A stretch of DNA of 13,477 nucleotides, from the NCBI GenBank assembly GCA_964534625.1, contig CAZHRF010000019.1:1-13477 (forward strand), in the 5' to 3' direction. This stretch comes from an uncultured archaeon (GTDB lineage Archaea; Asgardarchaeota; Heimdallarchaeia; Heimdallarchaeales; Heimdallarchaeaceae). A program made the translations under genes and the position numbers. This document shows positions 1-8,085 of the stretch, piece after piece (within the stretch, counting starts at the first letter, position 1; every line of letters begins with the position of its first letter). The notes under the pieces are model-generated. The model had not been told where the DNA came from. It worked only from the letters and a program-made list of their open reading frames with translations, and did no database searches.

Positions 1-69
1 GAAGAAGAACAAGAGCAAACAGCTATAGTAGAAGAAGAACAAGAGCAAACAGCTATAGTAGAAGAAGAA
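1..69 (+). repeat. In-frame 30-bp tandem repeat (GAAGAAGAACAAGAGCAAACAGCTATAGTA), two exact copies plus a partial third, encoding EEEQEQTAIV
   Basis: Bases 1-30 equal bases 31-60 exactly. Bases 61-69 repeat the first 9 nt, then degenerate (EEEREEQAPI). The array may extend upstream of the window. Confidence 0.95.
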
Positions 70-1983
70 AGAGAGGAGCAAGCACCAATACCCTACGAAG
101 AACAAGTTTACAAAGAACCTAATGAAACAACTTTTACCCAAGAAGAACCAGAGGAAGCAGTTGTTGAAGACAAGTCCCCTGCTTATGAATTTATCAATTC
201 TAAAATAATATATGGTGAAGGTCCAAAGGAGTCTTCCCTCAATATTAAGATATCTGAGAGTCTCAAAGGCATTTATGATGAGGGTACATTAATACTAGAA
301 GAGAGCAAGGGTACATTGGAAATCGAAAATCCAGGTAAAGAATCAAATATTTTTGACATTGGTCTTAAACTTGATAATTATGAGAATCTTGATCTTAAAG
401 AAGACTTTCATATTCATAATTTAAGCCCTCAAAAACTCTGGATAAAAGAATATTTAATTAAAGATAGAGAACAGAGTGATCTCCCATTTGATTTTGAACA
501 AAAAATTGACACTTTTACTGATAATGATGAATCTCTATCCCATGTACTCTTTAAAGACAAAGAAACAGAAGTAGAATTGATTTACAGTATCAACCCCAAA
601 CGCAATCTAGATGAGGTTGTTTTAAAGAGTAATCTACCGAAAGAATTTGAGCAAATCGACATTAACTCATACAAGGGGGAAGCTAAAATTGAAGATAATG
701 CACTGATTTGGAGAATAGAAGATTTAGTGCAAGAAGAAGAGGCTATACATCTCAGTATTGTTGGTAGAATCTTGCCTACAACAGTTGATCCAATCTCAAC
801 AGGTCCTACACTATTCAAATACACCGAGAGAAATGAAGAATCTTGCCAGTTAGTAATTAGAATGGCTAATGCCCACATTAAGAAAAGATTGACACTTGAA
901 GTAGAAGAAGTAGAAGAAAGACCCAATCTATGGAGAGCAAAACTTCTCTTAAATAACAAATCAGAATTTCCAATTGAAGTTTATTCACTACTTGTTCAAA
1001 AAGATGAAAATATCTATCTAGATGTAAAGCATAATACGCCAGAAATTTTACCCGAATATGAACAATTGACAACAGAAAGTTGGGAAGTAGAGTCTGAAGA
1101 CATCCCACAATTTAGAGCTAATGTAAAAAGTACACTTAATATTACAGTAAATGCTCAAGTAGGAGCATCAATGGAATTTAGAGAAAAAGAGTTAGTAGTA
1201 GCAGGAGGTGAAGGACAAAAAACATATACCAAAACTATTGTGCCTTCGTTTAGTCGCTCTCTCATTGGATCAATACTTGATGTCACCAATACTGGTGCTG
1301 TCACCTATGAGAAAATCCTCATTCGCGACGAGCTTCCAAATTATTTTCTGTCACCTAAAGAAGAAGAAATACAGGTGTTCTTAATAAAAAATGGTGATGA
1401 AACGAAATTAACCAGAGAGGACTATGCTTTACAAGAAGAGACAGAGAACGAAAAAGATAGTGAGATAGTGAGAGAACTAAACTTCATAATCAACACGCCA
1501 CTTGAACCCAATGCAATACTTAGGCTCAAATATGATACCACAGTAAATAAACCACCTAAAGATATCCAATTTCAAGCTAATCCCCTAGCAACTGTTTCTC
1601 TCGTCGAACCCGCTCCTGATTTTACTATACCAATTTCTGATACAGTTAATACCATCCGCATTTCTCACGTTAGGCGGAGAATTACTTCTGCTAAAGACAT
1701 TTTACCCAGAAGGACGGAAGGAACCTACGAAATCACATTGTTTTTCAAGAATAGAGGAGAAGAACCCATTGAATATATCAAACTCAGAGACTTAATCCCA
1801 GAAGGTTTTAAGCTTGAAAAAGAAGACGAACAAATAAAGTCAGAACTTGTAAAAGAAATAGATCAAGGAGAAATAAGACAGTGGATAATAGATAAAATTG
1901 AAGCAAATCAAGAAATAGAAATAATCTATATCTTAAAAGGAGAAGGAAGATATTCGGGTGAGGACCTACTGGTTTCCTATTAA
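1..1983 (+). CDS. 5'-truncated large acidic protein: low-complexity Glu-rich linker, candidate mu-homology-like region, and C-terminal Ig-like (DUF11/CARDB-like) beta-sandwich domains
   Basis: Frame 1 is open from base 1 (EEEQEQTAIVEEEQEQTAIVEEE...) into the listed ORF, so the TTG at 316 is internal and the true start lies upstream of the window. Ig-like DUF11-type motifs recur: 'LDVTNTG...IRDELP' and 'ITLFFKNRG...LRDLIPEGF...WIIDKI...EIIYILK'. There is no C-terminal TM anchor. Confidence 0.85.
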   Translation, partial: EEEQEQTAIVEEEQEQTAIVEEEREEQAPIPYEEQVYKEPNETTFTQEEPEEAVVEDKSPAYEFINSKIIYGEGPKESSLNIKISESLKGIYDEGTLILEESKGTLEIENPGKESNIFDIGLKLDNYENLDLKEDFHIHNLSPQKLWIKEYLIKDREQSDLPFDFEQKIDTFTDNDESLSHVLFKDKETEVELIYSINPKRNLDEVVLKSNLPKEFEQIDINSYKGEAKIEDNALIWRIEDLVQEEEAIHLSIVGRILPTTVDPISTGPTLFKYTERNEESCQLVIRMANAHIKKRLTLEVEEVEERPNLWRAKLLLNNKSEFPIEVYSLLVQKDENIYLDVKHNTPEILPEYEQLTTESWEVESEDIPQFRANVKSTLNITVNAQVGASMEFREKELVVAGGEGQKTYTKTIVPSFSRSLIGSILDVTNTGAVTYEKILIRDELPNYFLSPKEEEIQVFLIKNGDETKLTREDYALQEETENEKDSEIVRELNFIINTPLEPNAILRLKYDTTVNKPPKDIQFQANPLATVSLVEPAPDFTIPISDTVNTIRISHVRRRITSAKDILPRRTEGTYEITLFFKNRGEEPIEYIKLRDLIPEGFKLEKEDEQIKSELVKEIDQGEIRQWIIDKIEANQEIEIIYILKGEGRYSGEDLLVSY

Positions 1984-2000
1984 AGATCAATCTAGAATTA

Positions 2001-2033
2001 TTCGTTTTTTTCTTTACCATCAATTTTTTTCTT
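2001..2033 (+). terminator. Putative archaeal oligo-T terminator
   Basis: T-tracts (TTTTTTTCTTT, TTTTTTTCTT) lie shortly after the stop at 1983, in a convergent intergenic gap. Confidence 0.35.
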
Positions 2034-2090
2034 AAATTGTTTTTAGCTTTAAGTCTTTTATCTGTAATCCAATTTATTGTTCTGAAGAGA

Positions 2091-3062
2091 TTATTTTTCT
2101 TCGTCCATGTATTTCTTTTTTTGTTGAGCAATATTTTTAGCAATAAAACTGACAGAGGTTTGGGCTGCAGAAAATTCAGCTGTAGAAGTAGAATCTAACT
2201 TCTGTTTAATATCATCAGGAGCTTGATCATAGACTTCTTTTTCTATATTCGTTCCAGCTACAACCTTATCCTTCTTGTCACGTGTTTCGGTTCGTTGTAA
2301 ATAAAAATGGCTTATCATGTGCACGACTTTACCTTTACCTTCTTCGAACTCTATTATAACTGGGCTTTCCCCATACTTTTCTTTCAACTCATTGGAATAA
2401 ATTAATATCGTCACATTTTCTTTATCAAGTACTTGAATAGGATAACTTGATCCCTCTAGCCACCATAAAGGCTCGGTTTTACTATCTAGAAAATCAGATA
2501 CAATTGGATTCTTTTTATCCGCAACTATAATACGGACAACCTCATCGCCAGTAGGATTCTGATTATATCTTACTTTCTCTGGAAAAGCCTTCTCTAATAC
2601 ATTAGACAAAGCCCAGTCTGTGGTAACTAATAATCCTCCTGCCTTGACAAAAGTGGCCAATTTTCTAACAGCTTGATCAGACACTCTTCCTGGACAATTT
2701 ATAAAAACTGTCTGTTCAGGGTTCAATTCAATCTTATCCAAAATATGGATTGGAATCAATTTATGAGGGATGCCTGTAAGTTCTAAAACCAACTGGCAAC
2801 GATCATAACTTCCTTCAACTACAATAACATTACTTTCTTGAATGTCTTCTAATGCTTTAGCAAGATCAGGATTCTCTTTTTCTAATTTTTTTCTTGAGTA
2901 AAAAGAAGCGACTTCATAGGATTGTTTCATACGATCATATTTATCACTCTTCTGACCTTTACTAAACTGTTGAAAAGATTGTTCATCTGCTACATTTTGT
3001 ACAGATTGAAAATCAACATCAATCTTTTTTTGTTCTTTATTTTTCTCTTGGTTTTTATTCAT
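2091..3062 (-). CDS. Hypothetical protein with class I glutamine amidotransferase-like fold
   Basis: 323-aa ORF with the GATase1-like topology pattern 'VIVVEGSYD..QLVLELTGIPH', 'VFINCPG', 'LATFVKAGGLLVTTDWA' and 'PVIIEFEEGKGKVVHMISHF'. Confidence 0.7.
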   Translation of the reverse strand: MNKNQEKNKEQKKIDVDFQSVQNVADEQSFQQFSKGQKSDKYDRMKQSYEVASFYSRKKLEKENPDLAKALEDIQESNVIVVEGSYDRCQLVLELTGIPHKLIPIHILDKIELNPEQTVFINCPGRVSDQAVRKLATFVKAGGLLVTTDWALSNVLEKAFPEKVRYNQNPTGDEVVRIIVADKKNPIVSDFLDSKTEPLWWLEGSSYPIQVLDKENVTILIYSNELKEKYGESPVIIEFEEGKGKVVHMISHFYLQRTETRDKKDKVVAGTNIEKEVYDQAPDDIKQKLDSTSTAEFSAAQTSVSFIAKNIAQQKKKYMDEEK

Positions 3063-3219
3063 GTATATCTAGTTCCTATCTATCGATGGTCTACAATAGT
3101 ACATTGATATGCCTCCCTATATCTTTTTCTCATAAAGCAGAATTCTAGTTTAAATGAGAAGTTGATATCCTTAGTTTTATTAGTACCGCTTTTAATGAAT
3201 ATTCAGATAAGGAGATTAT

Positions 3220-3363
3220 ATGAATAATCCAGACAAACAGGTGCATGAAAAAAAAGAAGACAATGAAGAAAAAATCACGTTCAAATGCCATCTATGTGAC
3301 AAAGAATATACAAGCGTCATGTCATTAAATTTCCACATCAGGGAAGCACATAGAGACAAATAA
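3220..3363 (+). CDS. Small single C2H2-type zinc finger protein (47 aa), not in the ORF track
   Basis: Manual translation gives MNNPDKQVHEKKEDNEEKITFKCHLCDKEYTSVMSLNFHIREAHRDK*. It matches F-x-C-x2-C-x3-Y-x5-L-x2-H-x4-H. An SD-like AAGGAG is at 3209-3214, with a TATA-like TTTTAAT about 25-30 nt upstream of the ATG. Confidence 0.85.
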   Translation: MNNPDKQVHEKKEDNEEKITFKCHLCDKEYTSVMSLNFHIREAHRDK

Positions 3364-3501
3364 GCAAGGCAAATCTAAACACTAATTAGCTAAATTAAGA
3401 AACTTCAAGGTGAAATTTTGTAGCATTGTTCATTATTTTAACTATAAGAGGGAATTTTCCGTTCTTTAAAAGAAAAAAGATCAAATGGATATACTTAGTT
3501 T

Positions 3502-4068
3502 TTACGCATATTTCTCATTAAACTCAGCTTTAAGTATGTCCATCAAAATGAAATCATAATAGCACCCTTCTAAATAGTGTGCTTCTCTCTTTCGTCCTAC
3601 CTCTGTAAACCCTACTTTTTCATATACGTATTTAGCCCTTTGATTGTAGTCTAAAACAATTAATTCAATCCTATGCAAATTTATGTGCCAAAAACCAATC
3701 TTTAGCATGAGAATCATGGCTTCTGTACCATACCCCTTTCCTTGATCATTGGAGTCATGGATAGCTATACCTAGGGTTGCACTTCTAGAAATAAAATCAA
3801 CTGACTCAAATCCTACTGTTCCTAAAAATTTCCTTGTCTCTTTTTCCTCTATTACAAAAACAAATTTCTTCCCTTTCTTTACTGCGTCCAAAGTTGTTTC
3901 AATCCAGTCAATCTCATGACTTCTGGACATGGGAAATGTGTTCATTAAGTTACGCCTAGTTTCATAAGTATTCCAGTTTTTCATTACATTATCAATGTCT
4001 GATGTTTCTAAAGCTCTTAAACAAACTTTTTCTCCTTCATAAGGAGACCCTTCTTTGCTCTTAGCCAT
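3502..4068 (-). CDS. GNAT family N-acetyltransferase (RimJ/RimL, SpeG-like)
   Basis: Motifs 'VCLRALE', acetyl-CoA loop 'QGKGYGTEAM', 'NLHRIEL.V..YN.RA..VYEKVGF..VGRKRE'. Confidence 0.92.
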   Translation of the reverse strand: MAKSKEGSPYEGEKVCLRALETSDIDNVMKNWNTYETRRNLMNTFPMSRSHEIDWIETTLDAVKKGKKFVFVIEEKETRKFLGTVGFESVDFISRSATLGIAIHDSNDQGKGYGTEAMILMLKIGFWHINLHRIELIVLDYNQRAKYVYEKVGFTEVGRKREAHYLEGCYYDFILMDILKAEFNEKYA

Positions 4069-4320
4069 AATTTATAGGGGTATCCATAGTTTAATTATTT
4101 TTTCTTCTTGGATAGTACTTCTGAATTAAGCTGGTAATAACCTCTTCGACATACTTAAAACGAAACTAAATCGTATTCATTTGTGAGTTTCTTGCTTTTT
4201 CATACTATTTCGGAAGTACTATTTGATGACAAAAGCATTTAAAGCAATTTTAAGGAATTGTACCTTATTACAATTTCATCGATAATCAAAACGAGAATAA
4301 TTGTAAGAACAAGAGCAAGA

Positions 4321-4803
4321 CTATTCTTTCATCAGTTCTTTTTTGAGTTCTTCTACATAGTTTGGGGATGTTGAGTCATATTTTGCTGATCCTTTTTTAT
4401 CACAAAGAGCATCCCAATATTCCTTATATTTTTCAGGTATATCATTTATTCTATTATGATTTTCTATGTAATTGGTGGGCATTGGATGTGTACCTACTAC
4501 AACTTCAAGTCCAATGTTTTTTTCAATAAAAGCCTTAAAAATATCAATCCGTGGACAAGGGGGATAACCTGCGAGAAAACCAGTTGCAAAGTGGATTACG
4601 TTAGCCCCATATTTTTTCATGTTAGTTGCAACATATTCAATATTTCCACCTGGACAGCCTCCACAAGAACTATATCCTATAAGTTCAAGCTTTTTGCCAG
4701 CATATCGTTCGAAAGAACCCTCTCGCTCTCTTACAGAACGAAAACATTTTCCTCCATCACAACTTTTGTATCTATCACAAATAATTATTCCAACACGGTC
4801 CAT
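4321..4803 (-). CDS. CGGC domain-containing protein (putative metal/Fe-S binding)
   Basis: Motifs 'VGIIICDRYKSCDGGKC', 'ELIGYSSCGGCPG', 'IHFATG...GYPPCP', 'VVVGTH'. The ATG at 4803 (MDRVGIIIC) fits the family N-terminus better than the TTG at 4857. Confidence 0.88.
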   Translation of the reverse strand: MDRVGIIICDRYKSCDGGKCFRSVREREGSFERYAGKKLELIGYSSCGGCPGGNIEYVATNMKKYGANVIHFATGFLAGYPPCPRIDIFKAFIEKNIGLEVVVGTHPMPTNYIENHNRINDIPEKYKEYWDALCDKKGSAKYDSTSPNYVEELKKELMKE

Positions 4804-4928
4804 TAGTATCGGGTAATAATTCAATATGTCCTTCTTAAAGTTTTCTGGGAGACTCAAAAGACTGTTGAACTAACAGGTTACGAGAAAGAAAGACTAATTG
4901 GTTTTTTAATAATTAAAGGAAAGATATA

Positions 4929-6027
4929 CTACTTTTTCATCCTCGTTTTCGCTTTTTTTAGTAGGTCTAATGCATCATCCAAAGATATATCCTTTGGATT
5001 GGTTATTAACGACCCGTCATTTATTGCTTTTTGAGCTATTTCATCAAAATCCTTTGTTGATACTTTTGCCTCTTCTAATGTTCTGGGTAATTCAACTAAG
5101 TCATGCAATTGATCTTGAAGTTTTCTTATCTGGTTAATCGTTTCTTTTGCCCTTTCACTCTCTTTTGTATGAGTATATACTTCAACTCCCGCTATGGGTA
5201 ATAAAAGTTCATCTAAATGCTCTTTGATACATTCATAATTATACTCTAACACAATAGGCAAGAATATATTCATAGCTACACCATGAGGTATACTACAAAC
5301 ACCACCCAAAGCATGACCCAAACTATGGACAGCACCCACCATCGAGTTAGAAAAAGCTATTCCAGCCATCATAGCGGCGTTTGCTAATATTAATCTTTTT
5401 TGTATGTCTTTTGGATTGTGAATTACATCTTTAATAGTTCTACAAATTAATTCAATGGCCTTCCATGCATACGCATCACTTAGAGGATTTTTTTGTAGAC
5501 ACACATATGCTTCAATAACATGAGTTAATGCATCCATAGCTGTAAAGGCTGTAATATAAGCTGGTAGAGTCAAAGTCATGCGAGGATCTAGGATAGCCAG
5601 ATGAGGAAGGAAAAATCGAGAGGTGAAAGAAAGTTTAACATTTTTTTCATGATCTTTTATAACAGCTGCATTGGTGACTTCAGATCCCGTACCTGCCGTT
5701 GTAGGTATTACAACTAAAGGCTTTAATGGTTTATCTAAAATATCTGCCCCCATATACTCTTTGAGATTATAGCCCCCTCTAGATACAAGTATATTTACAC
5801 CTTTAGCTGTATAAATTACTGACCCGCCTCCTATAGCTACAATAGCGTCTGAATGCGTTTGTTTTTATATTTTGGCTATTTTATTAATGATCTCCGTTGA
5901 AGAGTCAGTAGGTATCTCATCATACACTTGCTTGTTTTATTCCTTTATCTGTAAGAAACATAGGTCGTTTTGAGCCTAATTTTTCTAATTCAAAAGCAAG
6001 ATTCTCTAAAGCTTTATTTCCTGACAA
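4929..6027 (-). pseudogene. Iron-containing alcohol dehydrogenase pseudogene
   Basis: The C-terminal part is intact ('IPTTAGTGSEVT', 'DALTH', 'HSLGH', 'PHG'). Upstream in the same frame reads VYDEIPTDSSTEIINKIAKI*KQTHSDAIVAIGGGSVIYTAKG, with TAA at 5865-5867. The N-terminal fragment LSGNKALENLAFELEKLGSKRPMFLTDKGIKQA lies in another frame (6027-5929). Confidence 0.88.
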
Positions 6028-6036
6028 TTTGTAAGG

Positions 6037-6057
6037 CAAGAGAAAGAAGAAAAAAGC
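6037..6057 (-). terminator. Putative oligo-T/pyrimidine terminator of the TspO-like gene
   Basis: The minus strand reads CTTTTTTCTTCTTTCTCTTG about 30 nt after the stop at 6085. Confidence 0.4.
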
Positions 6058-6084
6058 GGATTTTAGAAAATACGTGACTTGGCT

Positions 6085-6876
6085 TTATTTTCTCAATTCT
6101 AAGTGTATTTTGACACCCATTAAACCCAATAAAAGTGCTATAAGAACACTTATAGTTGCTATTATACCAGAGTAAACCGGTGTTTCCATAGCTCTTTTGA
6201 TTATTATTCCAATGAAAGCCCATAAGACAACTGCTGTATAAGCATAATCTTTTCGTATCCAGATCATTAATCCTGTGATAATCGCAGCTATACTTATCAT
6301 TGTTATTGTCCAAACTTGGTCAGAAAGTCCAAAACCATTCCAATTAACATCAACCAAGAAAACTGTTACATTCGCAACTGTGGCGATAGTTATCCACCCT
6401 AGATAAACAGAAATTGGTACATGAATAAACCATTTTTCATTTCTATCGGCGTCTCGTAGTCCTATTTGTAAGCGTAAATAACTGCTAAGTAATGCTCCTA
6501 ATAGAACTAACATAACTAATACAGATAAGAAAAAGAATCCATAATGCCAGAGAAAAAGCCAAGTCATATTAGCGACTGAGGCTACAATAAACTCTATACC
6601 CATTTTAGATAAAAATTCTGGAGGTTCCTCGGTAGTAAAAAGGGATTTCACACTATATATAGTTAAGACACCAAGGAGAACATATATTACGCCCCAAATA
6701 GAAAAAGTTAACCCAGCTGGACCAAATAGATTAGGAAGGGAATCTGACACCTCACCTGTGCCAACATTGTTAATTGGTAAAATATTAGCCAATGCATTAA
6801 CTATTATTGTGCCAATATAACCAAGAATCATCGCTATTTGTATTAACAAAACTTTGAATCTGTCCATATTCATCAT
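6085..6876 (-). CDS. TspO/MBR-related ('tryptophan-rich sensory') multi-pass membrane protein
   Basis: About 8 hydrophobic helices. Motifs 'VNALANILPINN..TGEVSD..PNLF.PAG.TFSIWG.IY' and 'PISVYLGWITIATVAN'. Confidence 0.75.
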   Translation of the reverse strand: MMNMDRFKVLLIQIAMILGYIGTIIVNALANILPINNVGTGEVSDSLPNLFGPAGLTFSIWGVIYVLLGVLTIYSVKSLFTTEEPPEFLSKMGIEFIVASVANMTWLFLWHYGFFFLSVLVMLVLLGALLSSYLRLQIGLRDADRNEKWFIHVPISVYLGWITIATVANVTVFLVDVNWNGFGLSDQVWTITMISIAAIITGLMIWIRKDYAYTAVVLWAFIGIIIKRAMETPVYSGIIATISVLIALLLGLMGVKIHLELRK

Positions 6877-7095
6877 ACTTTATTATATGCTTAAATTTTT
6901 ATACATTTAACAAATATTGTTTTTCATAGATTTTAAGGACTAAACATGTAAGAGGGAAAAGAACATAAAAACACCAAATAATAATTATTTAACGCTAGCT
7001 CGGTAACAATTTTTTTCTGTTGCTCTATCCAAAAATTAAAAAGAAAAAAGTTCTACACTCAAAGCGGATAAAAAAATTCCTTTAACGGTGAAAAT

Positions 7096-8085
7096 ATGTT
7101 TAGTTACGTTAAGAAGCACATGGATAAGTTTTTTCTCGAAATGAATCAAAAATATAGGGGACCAAAGTTTGATGCTCACGTCCACCTTAGAAATAAAGAG
7201 GATATTGAGTCAATGATTGGATACTCCGAAGAGTTTAATGTTAAAAAAATGCTTGGGATTATGCATGAAGACAATAGAAAAGAACTTGATGATGCCTTCC
7301 CAGATAAATTTGTTTATGCAAAGTTTCTCGCTTTTGCAGACTATTTTAAAGGAGAAAAGAAGAAAGGGCTAGAAGATCTTGAGCAAGCATATGCAGACGG
7401 ATATTCTGTCATAAAAATTTGGTTCGCCCCTCGTTGGAAAGACTATGCCATTGACAGATATGGCTTAAAACGTGACACTAATCACAACTATTCATTAAAC
7501 TCACCGCTTCTAGAACCTTTTTTTGAAAGGTTAGACGATCTAAATTTAACCTTATTACTGCATGTGAGTGATCCTGATTTAATGTATGGAGATCGGTATC
7601 AACCAGAATCGAAATATGGTACAAAAAAAGAACATTTAGAAGAGTTTAAGTCTATCCTATCTGAGTATCCTAAGTTAAAAATAATAGGAGCACATATGGC
7701 TGGACAACCAGAACATTTGGAGAACCTTTCTACTTGGTTAAAGAATTATCCTAATCTTTATGTAGATCTTGCTTCAGCTAAATGGATGGTCAGGGAGTTT
7801 GGCGAAAATATTGATTTAACAAGAGCATTTTTCGATCGCCATGCAGATAGAATCTTATTTGGTACAGATATTGTTTCTGGCAGGACAGATCGCGAACCTT
7901 TGCCTGGGTACTATATTCATCGCTATGTGGCTTTTCAAGCATTATTGGAAACCGATGTAAGAAAGCACCCATTACCTATACCAGACCCCGATAATGATAA
8001 TCATACAGTGATAAATGGCTTAAATTTATCTAAAGATGTCCTAGAAAAAGTATACTGGAAAAATAGTTTTAGATTGTTTCAATGA
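7096..8085 (+). CDS. Amidohydrolase family protein (Amidohydro_2-like metal-dependent TIM barrel)
   Basis: Motifs 'FDAHVH', 'LLHVSDP', 'IIGAHMAG', 'YPNLYVD', 'RILFGTD'. The start is uncertain (alternative ATGs at 7120 and 7141). Confidence 0.87.
   Translation: MFSYVKKHMDKFFLEMNQKYRGPKFDAHVHLRNKEDIESMIGYSEEFNVKKMLGIMHEDNRKELDDAFPDKFVYAKFLAFADYFKGEKKKGLEDLEQAYADGYSVIKIWFAPRWKDYAIDRYGLKRDTNHNYSLNSPLLEPFFERLDDLNLTLLLHVSDPDLMYGDRYQPESKYGTKKEHLEEFKSILSEYPKLKIIGAHMAGQPEHLENLSTWLKNYPNLYVDLASAKWMVREFGENIDLTRAFFDRHADRILFGTDIVSGRTDREPLPGYYIHRYVAFQALLETDVRKHPLPIPDPDNDNHTVINGLNLSKDVLEKVYWKNSFRLFQ

Noticed and set aside
1-69. 30-bp repeat as a CRISPR array
   Set aside because: The copies are directly adjacent with no spacers and lie in frame in a coding region, and no cas genes are present.
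316-318. TTG start given for the first ORF
   Set aside because: The frame is open back to base 1 with protein-like sequence, so the gene is 5'-truncated by the window edge.
582-2143. Minus-strand ORFs 582..959, 878..1108 and 1808..2143
   Set aside because: They are shadow ORFs overlapping well-supported long genes and have no recognisable motifs.
2922-3107. 61-aa hydrophobic plus-strand ORF
   Set aside because: It is antisense to the Lys/Glu/Gln-rich 5' end of the 2091..3062 gene. Its hydrophobicity is a by-product of T-rich complement codons.
4091-4180. Short minus-strand frame MNTI*FRFKYVEEVITSLIQKYYPRRKNN with an in-frame TAG (possible pyrrolysine readthrough or gene remnant)
   Set aside because: It is very short with no recognisable homology, and there are no pyl genes in the window.
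4456-4816. Plus-strand ORFs 4456..4806 and 4619..4816
   Set aside because: They are antisense shadows of the CGGC gene.
5865-5930. Programmed readthrough or frameshifting restoring the ADH
   Set aside because: The stop is TAA, the frameshift coincides with missing sequence, and the start and a conserved Asp are also lost. Decay is the simpler explanation.
6014-6313. 99-aa minus-strand ORF
   Set aside because: It is an alternative-frame overlap of the TspO-like gene's 3' end with no motifs.
6085-6876. Linking the 'tryptophan-rich sensory protein' to Trp metabolism because of its name
   Set aside because: The name refers to Trp residue content, not tryptophan sensing.
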